64,000 nucleotides of DNA from a virus. Location: the IMG/VR virus record IMGVR_UViG_3300021197_001931, positions 32,001 to 96,000 of that record. One strand, written 5' to 3'. Below, one piece after another: positions 32,901-41,616 of this stretch. The stretch's first letter is position 1. Each line of letters begins with the position of its first letter. Below the pieces are notes generated by a model. That model was not told where the DNA came from and did not search any database. It saw only the letters and a list, made by a program, of their open reading frames with translations. A program made the position numbers and the translations under genes.

Positions 32901-33372
32901 TGATAATACGCTTCCTGACGAGGCTCCTGACATTGTTTATGATGAGGCTACCAGCCCAGCGGAGCCAGTCACGACTACACCAGAATCGACATATACACCA
33001 CCGGATGTCCCCGATGAATCTGAAGTCAGCCCTCCTTTGAAGGAAACTGAGTTTATACCTGGCACGCTGCCCCCAGAATTGCGACCTGATACTAGCGCGC
33101 CTCCTTTAAAGGAAGTTGAGCTTACACTTGGCACACTTCCCCCAGAATTGCGACCTGATACTAGCGCGCCTAGTATGATTCCACGCGAAACATTAGGAAA
33201 CGTAAACACTCGGCGCCCACCAGGAGATCCAAGCTTTGGTAGAGATTCAATGCCTGCCGGCGGCAGAGTCTTTCGGGATTTTCCTCCCGCTCCTCCCCCA
33301 CGCACTCCCCCGCGGACCCATCAACAGTCATCAGTTGATGATCCGAAGAATCGCCGCTACCGGGACGATTAA
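29968..33372 (+). CDS. large structural protein with an FN3-like domain and Pro-rich termini
   Basis: PPMPP...FEVYRL...YYYMFRAVDIHGHVSHPS resembles the end of an FN3 domain; both tails are Pro/Gly-rich. Confidence 0.6.
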   Translation: MSTIPPSGPGPYPPPGGGSGPTLPDLGPSATEPSIAGDFPGLRNGSEHAKNVIVVDKENASLSLSPNTDPIRRDSLAHWATFEESGLPNQTLAWIRDGRHDSLVESARINNIEYRTSTDDGVPSELFPYGVREETIRITYKDNFLGDDPEAFLSYLLANGFANVGREYFDHALEYFEAFTPEQNQALYGDTSGMSHQLTSQVAFDYNFYTKLYEENVGRYTIPETIYPHIYTFYLEKERALEGGDSPFYGDIVDASYLDPRIDQEGYSEQWIYHDFITLNRPIEEQRIFINLIRETSVSSEKIGEIDRGEYFDVWADRYPNALAGSVETAAGSTLIRIGIDKLTDKYKNVIIPLTTEDRIHSSYNSYKELFPMFADIQFSQTSPNKVVQSLTDTPDDDANFSIFNNLMRDVISDFIALSRVGGINVFSTVKNFAENHEQAYPDSLGNPSLLPTAGNATRRVFNLGDWALGEESIDYNESDYIFLQNFASEEAETTLSDLITIRRNSDVLVEDFVLADILPNLRNTLLNAYNNHRRTYRDILSGNRAYSEDVFFKVSKFAISPSGVRSSTPIQSFYLVNDEHNRSVVNLIDTQLKYGETYEYEINTCRLVYGTKTRITSARYFRPDSFRIRTDGEPGFMVSGVFRPVVAGEVSFIDEATTPTTPPIGPGGGPGSGGTPPISFEPLPAEFYSSGGQINLVDVDIQLVPSIQLIELPYVSSITAGINVLRRTMLDDPPMPPEVEVLPYTGVNDHLLFLLNTGAGSREFLPISFNSEEQNFIDRIRLNNPGSDTDEILYENDDPSTIFEVYRLERKPTSYNDFKGNLLAEVSSIDELIGYRQASSVGYRNFIQPNTVYYYMFRAVDIHGHVSHPSPVYQIELIDDQGAVYPIIRSFEFESQLQRKSKIKKLNRFLKISPTFLQSVLGDLSITSGPPATAPREDSLPLGVQTLSLWDKSFKIRLTGRKTGRKIDLNINFNKEYDNTLPDEAPDIVYDEATSPAEPVTTTPESTYTPPDVPDESEVSPPLKETEFIPGTLPPELRPDTSAPPLKEVELTLGTLPPELRPDTSAPSMIPRETLGNVNTRRPPGDPSFGRDSMPAGGRVFRDFPPAPPPRTPPRTHQQSSVDDPKNRRYRDD
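33031..33171 (+). repeat. 69-bp tandem duplication inside CDS (PPLKE....GTLPPELRPDTSA x2)
   Basis: cccccagaattgcgacctgatactagcgcgcct is identical at 33070 and 33139. Confidence 0.9.
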
Positions 33373-33382
33373 TAGGTATGAG

Positions 33383-33429
33383 ACTATTTAAAAGAAAAAC
33401 GGGAAAAATGATTAGAAAATCACTAATTA
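33383..33429 (+). promoter_or_regulatory. tandem putative late promoters ACTATTTA / ACTAATTA
   Basis: Two copies (33383 and 33422) in one 78-nt gap. Confidence 0.6.
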
Positions 33430-33450
33430 TATTTATAACGAGGAAATAAT

Positions 33451-34380
33451 ATGGCTTTTTTGAACAATTCAGGAGATATTATTCTTGATGCAGTCTTGAC
33501 TGATCTAGGTAGACAACGCCTAGCCAGAGGTGACGGCAGCTTTAGAATTACAAAGTTTGCTTTAGCGGACGACGAGATTGATTACACTCTTTACAATAAG
33601 AACCATCCCAGCGGCAGCGCTTATTACGACCTTGAGATTTTGCAGACACCAGTCCTAGAGGCGTTCACAAACAACACATCTTTCTTAAAATCAAAGCTAG
33701 TAACAATACCCCGATCAAATATTTTATATTTACCAGTGCTAAAACTGGCCCAGGGGGCACAAAAAAGGGAACCCTTTTATTCAAGCGTAAATGCATATCT
33801 TGTCGCCGTAAATGAGGCAACACAAGATTCAAAAATTTCTAATTCTATCAAAATGGATGTTGATGGAATCCTTTATGGAGCAAGTGGTTTTGAGAACAAT
33901 AATCCCATCACTATTCACCAGGGGCTGGATACAGATGAGATTTCTTCAAATCGAGCCCTCGATTCAAGCTTGATCGAAACATCTTATATGATTGAGGTAG
34001 ACAACAGACTGGGCAGCATAGTTAGCCCTCAAGGCGTCCCAGCAACCTACTCTTTCCTTGATGATGACAACATTGCCACATATTATTTTAGCATCAAATC
34101 TGACAGGAGTTATTTTGAAAATATAACAAATCCAAAAGTCTTGTCTTCGTTGGCTGGCCCACGAGGTTCGAGTCTTGTATTTAAAATAGCTTCTTCGGTG
34201 GAACTCGCTACTAGTACCCACTTGTTTACAAAACTAGGCGGAAACACGATGTCCGTGGATGCTGCATCTGGCGGAGGAACTGTCAATGTAAATTATATTG
34301 ACGCCACAGTTAGAGTTACGGGCGTAAACACAGGATATAGACTAGATATTCCAATTAGATTTATTAGATCACCATCTTAA
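33451..34380 (+). CDS. virion structural protein (baseplate/tail-collar-like N-terminus)
   Basis: SD GAGG and its own late-promoter motifs; LTDLGRQRLA...ITKFALADD resembles the N-terminus of DUF3751 tail-collar fibre proteins. Confidence 0.6.
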   Translation: MAFLNNSGDIILDAVLTDLGRQRLARGDGSFRITKFALADDEIDYTLYNKNHPSGSAYYDLEILQTPVLEAFTNNTSFLKSKLVTIPRSNILYLPVLKLAQGAQKREPFYSSVNAYLVAVNEATQDSKISNSIKMDVDGILYGASGFENNNPITIHQGLDTDEISSNRALDSSLIETSYMIEVDNRLGSIVSPQGVPATYSFLDDDNIATYYFSIKSDRSYFENITNPKVLSSLAGPRGSSLVFKIASSVELATSTHLFTKLGGNTMSVDAASGGGTVNVNYIDATVRVTGVNTGYRLDIPIRFIRSPS

Positions 34381-34392
34381 AAAGGATAGAAA

Positions 34393-35523
34393 ATGGCTAC
34401 CACATTTAAAACATTAGGCGCAAAAGACGTTACGTCGACAAGATCTCTCTTACACGAAGCAATTCCAATTACTGGATCGATAGTTTCGGGAACCTATGTT
34501 CAAGGAGGATACGCGGGCACTGAAACAAATATTAGGGACTATACACACGGTATGTTCCAAAGTGTGTATGATTATCCGTATTTAAGCTCATCTGCAAATC
34601 ATATTTTTGATTTAACAATGGGGTATTCCGCCAATTCTGCTCTTTCTAAGTCATCTCTTGTAGCGCAAAATGCAAAAAAGATTAATATCTATAATCAAAT
34701 GGCCCAAGTCCTCATGGGTTTTGATCACACAGGGTCCGTCCATGAATTTGATGAAGACGGAGATCTAAGTGGTGGCTCTAAAATGCGCGAGTGCTTCTTT
34801 GTTAATTTCGCAAGATTGTTGACAAAGGATGAAATTAAAAAGGGCACGTTTGCTTTGACTCTAGGAGTTAGTGGTGCATATAACGATTTTGGCGCATTTG
34901 TCCAGAGAGTACAATTAGCAGATACGAATGCAGCCACAAGCTTTAAAGTGAACTCTCCTGCTGGAGAATATTCAATATTGTATGCAACAAATGTGGCCGG
35001 AACAGAGCTAATCAACCCAACAGCAGGAACAACAGCTATTAAAGCAGGGCTGATATTTTATCAAGCCGGCGTTGCAGTAATAACTGGATCTATTTTTGCT
35101 AGCCAGCAAACTGAGCCTCTTGGGCTTCTATCTGGCTCAGGTGGCCCTGGAGAGCCTCTCCGATTTAACGCCTCTGAAGAAACTGTAAGTGCTGTTATGT
35201 CTGGGTCTACGATCTCTGCTGCCGCTGAAGGATTTAGGCATAGGTATGAAAACCTTAACTTTAATAACACAACAGAGCTAAATTCAACAATCTATTTCTG
35301 TAGAGCGAACAATAATGATTTTAATTATTCTTCAAACCCATCTTACTTATCAGCTAGTAAACTACGGGTAAAAGATAATGCTTCTGACCCTCCGCTTGCT
35401 TATGCAACAACTGTTGGGTTGTATAGTCCCGATAACGAACTTTTAGCAACTGCAAAACTTTCTGAACCAATTAAAAAGGACCCAACTGACGAATTTACAC
35501 TAAGAGTGCGTTTAGATTATTAA
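34393..35523 (+). CDS. virion structural protein, paralogue of 35545
   Basis: Shares IKKGT, NYSSNPSY and C-terminal VGLY...NELLA.AKL..P.KK....T....LD[YF] with 35545. Confidence 0.65.
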   Translation: MATTFKTLGAKDVTSTRSLLHEAIPITGSIVSGTYVQGGYAGTETNIRDYTHGMFQSVYDYPYLSSSANHIFDLTMGYSANSALSKSSLVAQNAKKINIYNQMAQVLMGFDHTGSVHEFDEDGDLSGGSKMRECFFVNFARLLTKDEIKKGTFALTLGVSGAYNDFGAFVQRVQLADTNAATSFKVNSPAGEYSILYATNVAGTELINPTAGTTAIKAGLIFYQAGVAVITGSIFASQQTEPLGLLSGSGGPGEPLRFNASEETVSAVMSGSTISAAAEGFRHRYENLNFNNTTELNSTIYFCRANNNDFNYSSNPSYLSASKLRVKDNASDPPLAYATTVGLYSPDNELLATAKLSEPIKKDPTDEFTLRVRLDY

Positions 35524-35528
35524 CATAA

Positions 35529-35536
35529 GCTATTTA
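35529..35536 (+). promoter_or_regulatory. putative late promoter GCTATTTA
   Basis: In a 21-nt gap, 8 nt before ATG 35545. Confidence 0.55.
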
Positions 35537-35544
35537 TTTATGTT

Positions 35545-36774
35545 ATGCCATATTATAAATTCAAACAAAGCGATATTTACTTTAATCGCATAAAAGCACA
35601 CCCGCAAAAGAAGTTTTTTGTCTACAACTCTTCAATCTTTTTAGATAATCAATCCAAAATTAGTGGAACTTTTACAGGAAGTATACCAAACGCACCTACG
35701 GGATATGTCAGCCTGTATGAGCTTAATGTTGACAGACACGACCTCAGCATGGGTCCAGCCCCAGCTTTAATAAATCCGTTTGTTGAGCGTGATTCAAACC
35801 TAACTGCATTTCGAACTATAAGCACTTCAAGTTTTTATAGGACAGAAATAGGAGAAAGTGTAACGGGGTCTTACCCTCTTACTGCAAGCATAGAGAGAGA
35901 TTTATTTGAAGCTTGTCCTGTCGGTGAAAGCCGCAATCGAGCAAATAAAATAAATGCTTTAAAGACAACATTGGATTATTATACTCCACTAAGCAATCAG
36001 TATGAGTTTAGTTCTTCAAACGGAAATTGGGATAAAGGCCAGCAGGCCATAAATTTAATTAGCATTCCGTCAATCTTTTACGGCTCTACAATAAAAAAGG
36101 GAACAGTTGACTTAAAGTTCTATATAACTGGAACCTTGATAGGTGAGCTTCGAGATGAGAACTACAATGGCGAACTAATACAAGTCGGGCCACCAGGGAG
36201 TAATGGGTCAGGAAGCGTAGCTGGGGTTGCTCTATATGATGAGGGGTTCCTAATGCTAACAGGAAGTTGGCCACTAGAGCACGCTGGTTATGATTATACA
36301 AACGCCAACAAGGCTTCAAAGTCTTCATGGTTATATTTCAATGTTGGGGCAAACGATAATATACCCGCGCACCCCGGTAATACAACAAACCCGGCGATAT
36401 CAAGACTATCCGCCAGCTATGACTCTCAGTTTTCTGGCACCAATTACGTTCCCGTTAAGACAATGTTGGCTCATGCTCCAAGAAATGAGCTTAATTACTC
36501 AAGTAACCCATCATACATAGACCAGTCTAGCGCAGGCGCATTTGTTTTTTATACTAGTTCTGCTGGATATATAGAAAATGATAAACAAGGAATTAAAAAT
36601 ACTATAAAATCACCGTATGTAAGCCCTACTGGTAGTTACATGCCTCAAACTTTCATATCAAAGGTTGGAATTTTTGATAAAGATAAGAATTTGATTGCTA
36701 TAGCTAAGGTTGCAACTCCGGTTAAAAAAACAGAAGAGAGAGAGCTTACGTTTAAATTAAAACTGGATTTTTAA
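35545..36774 (+). CDS. virion structural protein, paralogue of 34393
   Basis: Same shared motifs (IKKGTVDL, NYSSNPSY, VGIFDKDKNLIAIAKVATPVKK). Confidence 0.65.
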   Translation: MPYYKFKQSDIYFNRIKAHPQKKFFVYNSSIFLDNQSKISGTFTGSIPNAPTGYVSLYELNVDRHDLSMGPAPALINPFVERDSNLTAFRTISTSSFYRTEIGESVTGSYPLTASIERDLFEACPVGESRNRANKINALKTTLDYYTPLSNQYEFSSSNGNWDKGQQAINLISIPSIFYGSTIKKGTVDLKFYITGTLIGELRDENYNGELIQVGPPGSNGSGSVAGVALYDEGFLMLTGSWPLEHAGYDYTNANKASKSSWLYFNVGANDNIPAHPGNTTNPAISRLSASYDSQFSGTNYVPVKTMLAHAPRNELNYSSNPSYIDQSSAGAFVFYTSSAGYIENDKQGIKNTIKSPYVSPTGSYMPQTFISKVGIFDKDKNLIAIAKVATPVKKTEERELTFKLKLDF

Positions 36775-37313
36775 TGATTTTAGGATTAGATGTAAGCACC
36801 AGCATAACCGGGGCAACAGTTGTTAATGAAGACGGAGATGTCGTCTGTAATGTAGCCTGGGATACTAGGAATAAAAAGTATTTCCCAACACTCATCTCAA
36901 AAGCCACTTGGATTGAAGAGCGGCTGATTGATATTCAAAAAAAATATAAAGTTAAAGAAATCTATATAGAGCAATCTCTGCATTCTTTTAGATCTGGGTT
37001 TTCATCGGCCCAAACTTTATCAACCCTATCTCGTTATAACGGCATAATATCTTGGATATGTTATCAAGTATTTTTGTTAGAGCCAATGTATGTGGCTGCC
37101 ACTACTGCTAGAAAATCTTGTGGGATCAAGGTTCCAAAGGGCTCAAAGGCAAAGCAAGTTGTGCTTGAATACCTGCTTGACAATGAACCAGAGTTCAGCA
37201 TAGAATATACTCGACAAGGCAATCCAAAGCCGGATTCCTACGATCGAGCAGACAGTATTGTCATTGCTAAGGCTGGTTATAACTTATGGAAGAACAAAAA
37301 CTCTCCATCTTAA
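36774..37313 (+). CDS. ruvC: RuvC-like Holliday junction resolvase
   Basis: ILGLDVSTSITG (catalytic Asp), IYIEQ (Glu) and DRADS (DxxD). Confidence 0.8.
   Translation: MILGLDVSTSITGATVVNEDGDVVCNVAWDTRNKKYFPTLISKATWIEERLIDIQKKYKVKEIYIEQSLHSFRSGFSSAQTLSTLSRYNGIISWICYQVFLLEPMYVAATTARKSCGIKVPKGSKAKQVVLEYLLDNEPEFSIEYTRQGNPKPDSYDRADSIVIAKAGYNLWKNKNSPS
37177..37206 (+). promoter_or_regulatory. sigma70-type promoter embedded in ruvC
   Basis: TTGACA (37177-82), 18-nt spacer, TAGAAT (37201-06), about 80 nt upstream of the primase start. Confidence 0.6.
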
Positions 37314-38221
37314 AAGCAGTTCTCGGAAGGTTTCGAAGGACCGGTTCCGAATATCTTTTTGCCTGCCCATTTTGTAAACATCACAAGCCAAAATTCTCTG
37401 TTAATCTTAATCGAGGAGCAAAGTGTTGGGTATGTGACTGGAAAAGCCCTGATGTTCGCCGTGTAATACGACGTGTGGGCTCTTTCGATCAACTGCAGGA
37501 GTGGGATGCGATTACTGGTCGCGTCTCTCTGAGCGCGTTTGACGAGCTTTTTGGAGACTATGAAGATGTGGTGGCCGAAGAGACCATAAAATTGCCAGAC
37601 TCTTTCATATCCTTGGCCAATAGAAATATTTCCTTGTCCTCTTTGGCTGCTAGACAATACTTAAAAAGTAGAGGCCTAACAGAAAAGGACCTTGTAAATT
37701 GGAAGATTGGATTTTGTACTAGCGGTGAGTATGCAAACCGTGTTATAATCCCGTCGTTCAACATGAATGGAGAGGTAAACTATTTCATTGCTCGTGCGTA
37801 TAACGATGATTGGATGCGATATAAGAATCCACCAGTCAGTAGAGACATTGTTTTTAATGAGTTGTTTCTTGATTGGGACAGCGACCTAACAATAGTTGAA
37901 GGAGCCTTTGATGCCATTGTTGCTGGGCCCAATGCCGTTCCTATTCTGGGGTCAACCTTGAATGAGCGGTCTAAATTGTTCCAAGCGATTGTCAAACATG
38001 ACACACCAATATATATTGCTCTTGACCCTGACGCAGAAAAGAAGTCAAACAAACTTATTTCAGCACTGATGAAGTACGATGTTGAGCTTTATAAGGTTGA
38101 CATCTCTGGATATGATGATGTAGGGTCAATGACCAAGCGAGAGTATCAAAAGAGAAAAGAACAGGCACTCTTCATGTCTTCGGACAATTATCTTTACTAT
38201 CGCGCTCTAAGCGCGGTTTAG
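37286..38221 (+). CDS. DNA primase (DnaG-type: zinc finger plus TOPRIM)
   Basis: CPFC..H...CWVC zinc finger, RVIIP, YFIAR, RYKNP, IVEGAFDA and ALDPDA. Confidence 0.9.
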   Translation: MEEQKLSILKAVLGRFRRTGSEYLFACPFCKHHKPKFSVNLNRGAKCWVCDWKSPDVRRVIRRVGSFDQLQEWDAITGRVSLSAFDELFGDYEDVVAEETIKLPDSFISLANRNISLSSLAARQYLKSRGLTEKDLVNWKIGFCTSGEYANRVIIPSFNMNGEVNYFIARAYNDDWMRYKNPPVSRDIVFNELFLDWDSDLTIVEGAFDAIVAGPNAVPILGSTLNERSKLFQAIVKHDTPIYIALDPDAEKKSNKLISALMKYDVELYKVDISGYDDVGSMTKREYQKRKEQALFMSSDNYLYYRALSAV

Positions 38222-38228
38222 GAGCCTT

Positions 38229-41200
38229 ATGACATTCAAAATCGCACACTGTGCGGACGTGCATATTAAAAATCTCAAGTATCATTATGAGTATAGGCAC
38301 GTTTTTGCACAAATGTATGATATTTTACGTGATGAGAACGTAGATTGTATCTATATTGGGGGCGATATAGCCCACACAAAGACCCAAATTTCACCTGAAT
38401 TTGTTGAAATTTGCTCTGACTTCTTTACAAATCTGGCCAATATTGCCCCAACTTATGTGATTCTTGGCAATCACGACGGCAATTTGCGTAACTCAACCAG
38501 ACAAGATGCAATTACTCCCATTGTAAAGGCACTTAAAAACCCAAATCTGCACCTTCTTCGTGGATCTGGAGAACACCAGGTAAGTGACGACATTACTTTT
38601 AATGTCTTGTCCATCTTCGACGAGGACGGCTGGGTTAAACCTAGCGACCCCAACAAGATTAACATTGCTCTTTACCATGGTGCGATTGCTGGTGTCGAAA
38701 CAGATACTGGCTTTGTCTTAACTCATGGAGATCATGATTGCTCAATCTTTGAGGATCACGACTTTGCTATGCTTGGAGACATACATAAAACAAATCAAAT
38801 CGTAGATACCGAGGGACGTGTAAGATACTGCGGTTCAATCGTACAACAAAATCATGGTGAGACTAATGATAAAGGATTTTTGACTTGGGAAATTGATAGT
38901 AAAGATGATTTTACTGTCAAGCACCATAAACTTATTAATCCCAAGCCCTTTGTGACGCTCATCCTAACTCCAAAGGGCAGGCTTCCAAATAAAGCCAAAG
39001 TTCCGCCCAATGCTCGCTTGAGGCTTATTGGCAATAATAATATTCCTATCGACAAGCTTCGCAAAGCCATCGATAGTGCAAAGCACAAGTATTCTCCTGA
39101 AAGTGTGACTTTCCTTAATAAGTCTCTTGACTCACGAGGTAATGTTGAAAAACTTACGAGTGGTCTCAATAAGGAAAACCTAAGAGACATGGCAGTTCAG
39201 GAAAAGCTAATCACAGAGTATCTAAAAGATTTTGAGATTAACCAAAAAACTCTTGATCAAATATTTGCCTTAAATCGCAAATACAATTCTATGATTAATA
39301 CTGAAAATGATGTTTCGCGCAATGTTAATTGGAAGCTAAACTCTTTGGAGTGGGACAACCTTTTTAATTATGGTGAAGGTAACAAGATTGACTTTGATAA
39401 GCTAAATGGCATCGTAGGCATTTTTGGAAAGAACTACTCTGGTAAGAGCAGTATTATTGATAGCCTTCTCTATGGCATGTTCAATTCTACCTCAAAAAAC
39501 GAACGAAAAAATCTAAATGTTATTAATCAAAATAGAGATGATGGCAATGCTGTGCTCGTGGCCACCATTGGTGATGACAAGTACAAGATAACTAGAGACT
39601 CGGAGAAGTACACCAAAAAAGTCAAGGGTAACGAGGTTACCGAGGCCAAAACCAATGTAAACTTTGCCAAGATTGATGGCGATGACGAACAGAGTCTAAA
39701 TGGCATGACACGAGCAGAAACAGACCATAATATCAAAAAGACTTTTGGAACAATGGAAGATTTTCTCTTAACATCGATGGCTGCTCAATTTGGGGCCCTG
39801 TCTTTTATTGGCGAAGGATCAACAAAAAGAAAAGAGATTCTTGCCAAGTTTTTGGACCTAGTTGTGTTCGAAGACAAGTTTAAACTTGCCAAGAAAGATT
39901 CGTCAGAACTTAAGGCTGCCTTGAAGCGTTTAGAGGGCAACGATTATACAGAGAGGATCACGGAAGTATCATCTAAATTTCAAGAGAACAAAGACCTTTT
40001 AGATTCTTGCTCTGAAGAGTCAGAGAGTCTTAAAAGACAATTGGCATCTAAAAATGCTGAGTTATCTGAGTTAAAGTCGCGCATCGCTGCAGCACCAGAT
40101 TCGGCATCCAAGTTAGTCATGGCACGAGAACGTCTTGGATACTGTGATAAAGAAATAGATTCGCTAAAAAAGAAAGAGCAGCAACTGTCGGAAAAGGTCA
40201 CTACTAAAAATGATGCTCGAACAAAGATTGCAGAATTTTTAAGCAGCCTTAATATTATGGATTTGAAGGAGCAGCAAGAGTTTCTTGAGGTCAAGACTGA
40301 CGAACTCCAAGGGCTCTTATCCCAAATTAAGAAAAGCGAAGGCTTAATTAAAAATGATGAAAAGAAGCTAAAGCTTCTTTCTGAAGTTCCATGCGGAAAT
40401 GAGTTTCCTAAGTGTAAATTTATCAAGGACGCCCATAAAGCAAAGGGCACGCTTGAAGATAATAAAGGCAGCCTTGCAGATCTAAATAAAAAACATGATT
40501 CAGTTTCTGCTGAAATAGGTGTCTCTGACATTGAAAATGTTCGTGGTCTTATACGAAAGCACGAACAACTTTCTCTAAAAAACACACAGCTAAAAAAAGA
40601 CCTAGAGTACATCTCATTAGAGATGCAGACAGTTATTTCCCGCAGAAACGAATTGCTTGTAAATCGAGAGGGCCTGTTTAAGGAAGTAGAATCTTTCGAG
40701 AAAGACAAAGAGGGTTTAAAAAAGGCCAAAGATTATAATGCGGAAAGATCATCTCTAGATTCTGATATCAAAAGATTGAACAAGAAGCTAGAAAGTTGTG
40801 AAGTTCGTTTGAGAGAGTTTTATCTCCAGCATGGATCATATGAGCAGAAGCTAATTAATCTTCGTGAGCAAAAGCAAGAGCTAGAAGATTTAAGAACGGA
40901 ATATTCTGCGTATGATCTTTATATGAAGTGTATGCATAGTAATGGAATTGCCTATGATATTATTAAGAAGAAGCTTCCTGCTATTAACGAGGAGATTTCA
41001 AAAGTTCTAACAAATGTGGTAGACTTTGAAGTGTACATGGAAAGTGGAGATAAAAGGCTAGATATTTTTATTAAACACCCACGTTACATTGGCAGACCAA
41101 TTGAAATGGGCTCTGGAGCAGAAAAGACTGTGGCCTCGATGGCAATTAGGCTTGCGTTGCTAACAGTATCTAGCTTGCCTAAGAGCGATGTGTTTATTTT

Positions 41201-41381
41201 AGATGAGCCTGGTACCGCTTTAGACAAGGACAACATGGATGGGTTTGTTAGAATTTTAGATATGATTAAATCAAAATTTAAAACAATTCTACTTATTTCG
41301 CATCTTGATTATTTAAAGGATTGCGTAGACACGCAGGTAGTCATTGACAAACAAGATGGGTACGCTTTAGTTAGCAACTAA
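38229..41381 (+). CDS. fused Mre11/SbcD nuclease - Rad50/SbcC ATPase (T4 gp47-gp46-like)
   Basis: Phosphoesterase motifs ADVH, GGDIAH, GNHD, LGDIH; Walker A GKNYSGKS; coiled coil; signature GSGAE; Walker B ILDEP; ISH switch. Confidence 0.92.
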   Translation: MTFKIAHCADVHIKNLKYHYEYRHVFAQMYDILRDENVDCIYIGGDIAHTKTQISPEFVEICSDFFTNLANIAPTYVILGNHDGNLRNSTRQDAITPIVKALKNPNLHLLRGSGEHQVSDDITFNVLSIFDEDGWVKPSDPNKINIALYHGAIAGVETDTGFVLTHGDHDCSIFEDHDFAMLGDIHKTNQIVDTEGRVRYCGSIVQQNHGETNDKGFLTWEIDSKDDFTVKHHKLINPKPFVTLILTPKGRLPNKAKVPPNARLRLIGNNNIPIDKLRKAIDSAKHKYSPESVTFLNKSLDSRGNVEKLTSGLNKENLRDMAVQEKLITEYLKDFEINQKTLDQIFALNRKYNSMINTENDVSRNVNWKLNSLEWDNLFNYGEGNKIDFDKLNGIVGIFGKNYSGKSSIIDSLLYGMFNSTSKNERKNLNVINQNRDDGNAVLVATIGDDKYKITRDSEKYTKKVKGNEVTEAKTNVNFAKIDGDDEQSLNGMTRAETDHNIKKTFGTMEDFLLTSMAAQFGALSFIGEGSTKRKEILAKFLDLVVFEDKFKLAKKDSSELKAALKRLEGNDYTERITEVSSKFQENKDLLDSCSEESESLKRQLASKNAELSELKSRIAAAPDSASKLVMARERLGYCDKEIDSLKKKEQQLSEKVTTKNDARTKIAEFLSSLNIMDLKEQQEFLEVKTDELQGLLSQIKKSEGLIKNDEKKLKLLSEVPCGNEFPKCKFIKDAHKAKGTLEDNKGSLADLNKKHDSVSAEIGVSDIENVRGLIRKHEQLSLKNTQLKKDLEYISLEMQTVISRRNELLVNREGLFKEVESFEKDKEGLKKAKDYNAERSSLDSDIKRLNKKLESCEVRLREFYLQHGSYEQKLINLREQKQELEDLRTEYSAYDLYMKCMHSNGIAYDIIKKKLPAINEEISKVLTNVVDFEVYMESGDKRLDIFIKHPRYIGRPIEMGSGAEKTVASMAIRLALLTVSSLPKSDVFILDEPGTALDKDNMDGFVRILDMIKSKFKTILLISHLDYLKDCVDTQVVIDKQDGYALVSN

Positions 41382-41388
41382 CTATTTA
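41381..41388 (+). promoter_or_regulatory. putative late promoter ACTATTTA (lysis/packaging operon)
   Basis: Begins at the stop of the Mre11-Rad50 gene, where late genes resume. Confidence 0.65.
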
Positions 41389-41409
41389 TTAAATGTCTAC
41401 GGAGGCAAT

Positions 41410-41616
41410 ATGACAGAAGCACAAATACAAAAAGCTCCTTTGGCTGATAGAATTCTTGGCAAGTTAACTTCAAGAAAGCTATTGGTTTGGGGCACGGCCA
41501 CGGCCCTGGCATTTCTAGGGTTTGTGACATCTAGTGATTGGGTGACAATTTCAGTGGTATACATCGGCTCTCAAGGCGTTGTTGACACTGTAGTCGCTCT
41601 GAAGAATGCGGGTTAG
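41410..41616 (+). CDS. putative holin
   Basis: 68 aa with two hydrophobic helices and an LTSRKL motif; SD GGAGG and late motif upstream. Confidence 0.55.
   Translation: MTEAQIQKAPLADRILGKLTSRKLLVWGTATALAFLGFVTSSDWVTISVVYIGSQGVVDTVVALKNAG

Noticed and set aside
5476-33372. Eukaryotic giant virus or cellular origin suggested by the very large ORFs
   Set aside because: T4-type capsid, portal, terminase, protease and baseplate genes, plus SD sites and intrinsic terminators, identify a bacteriophage.
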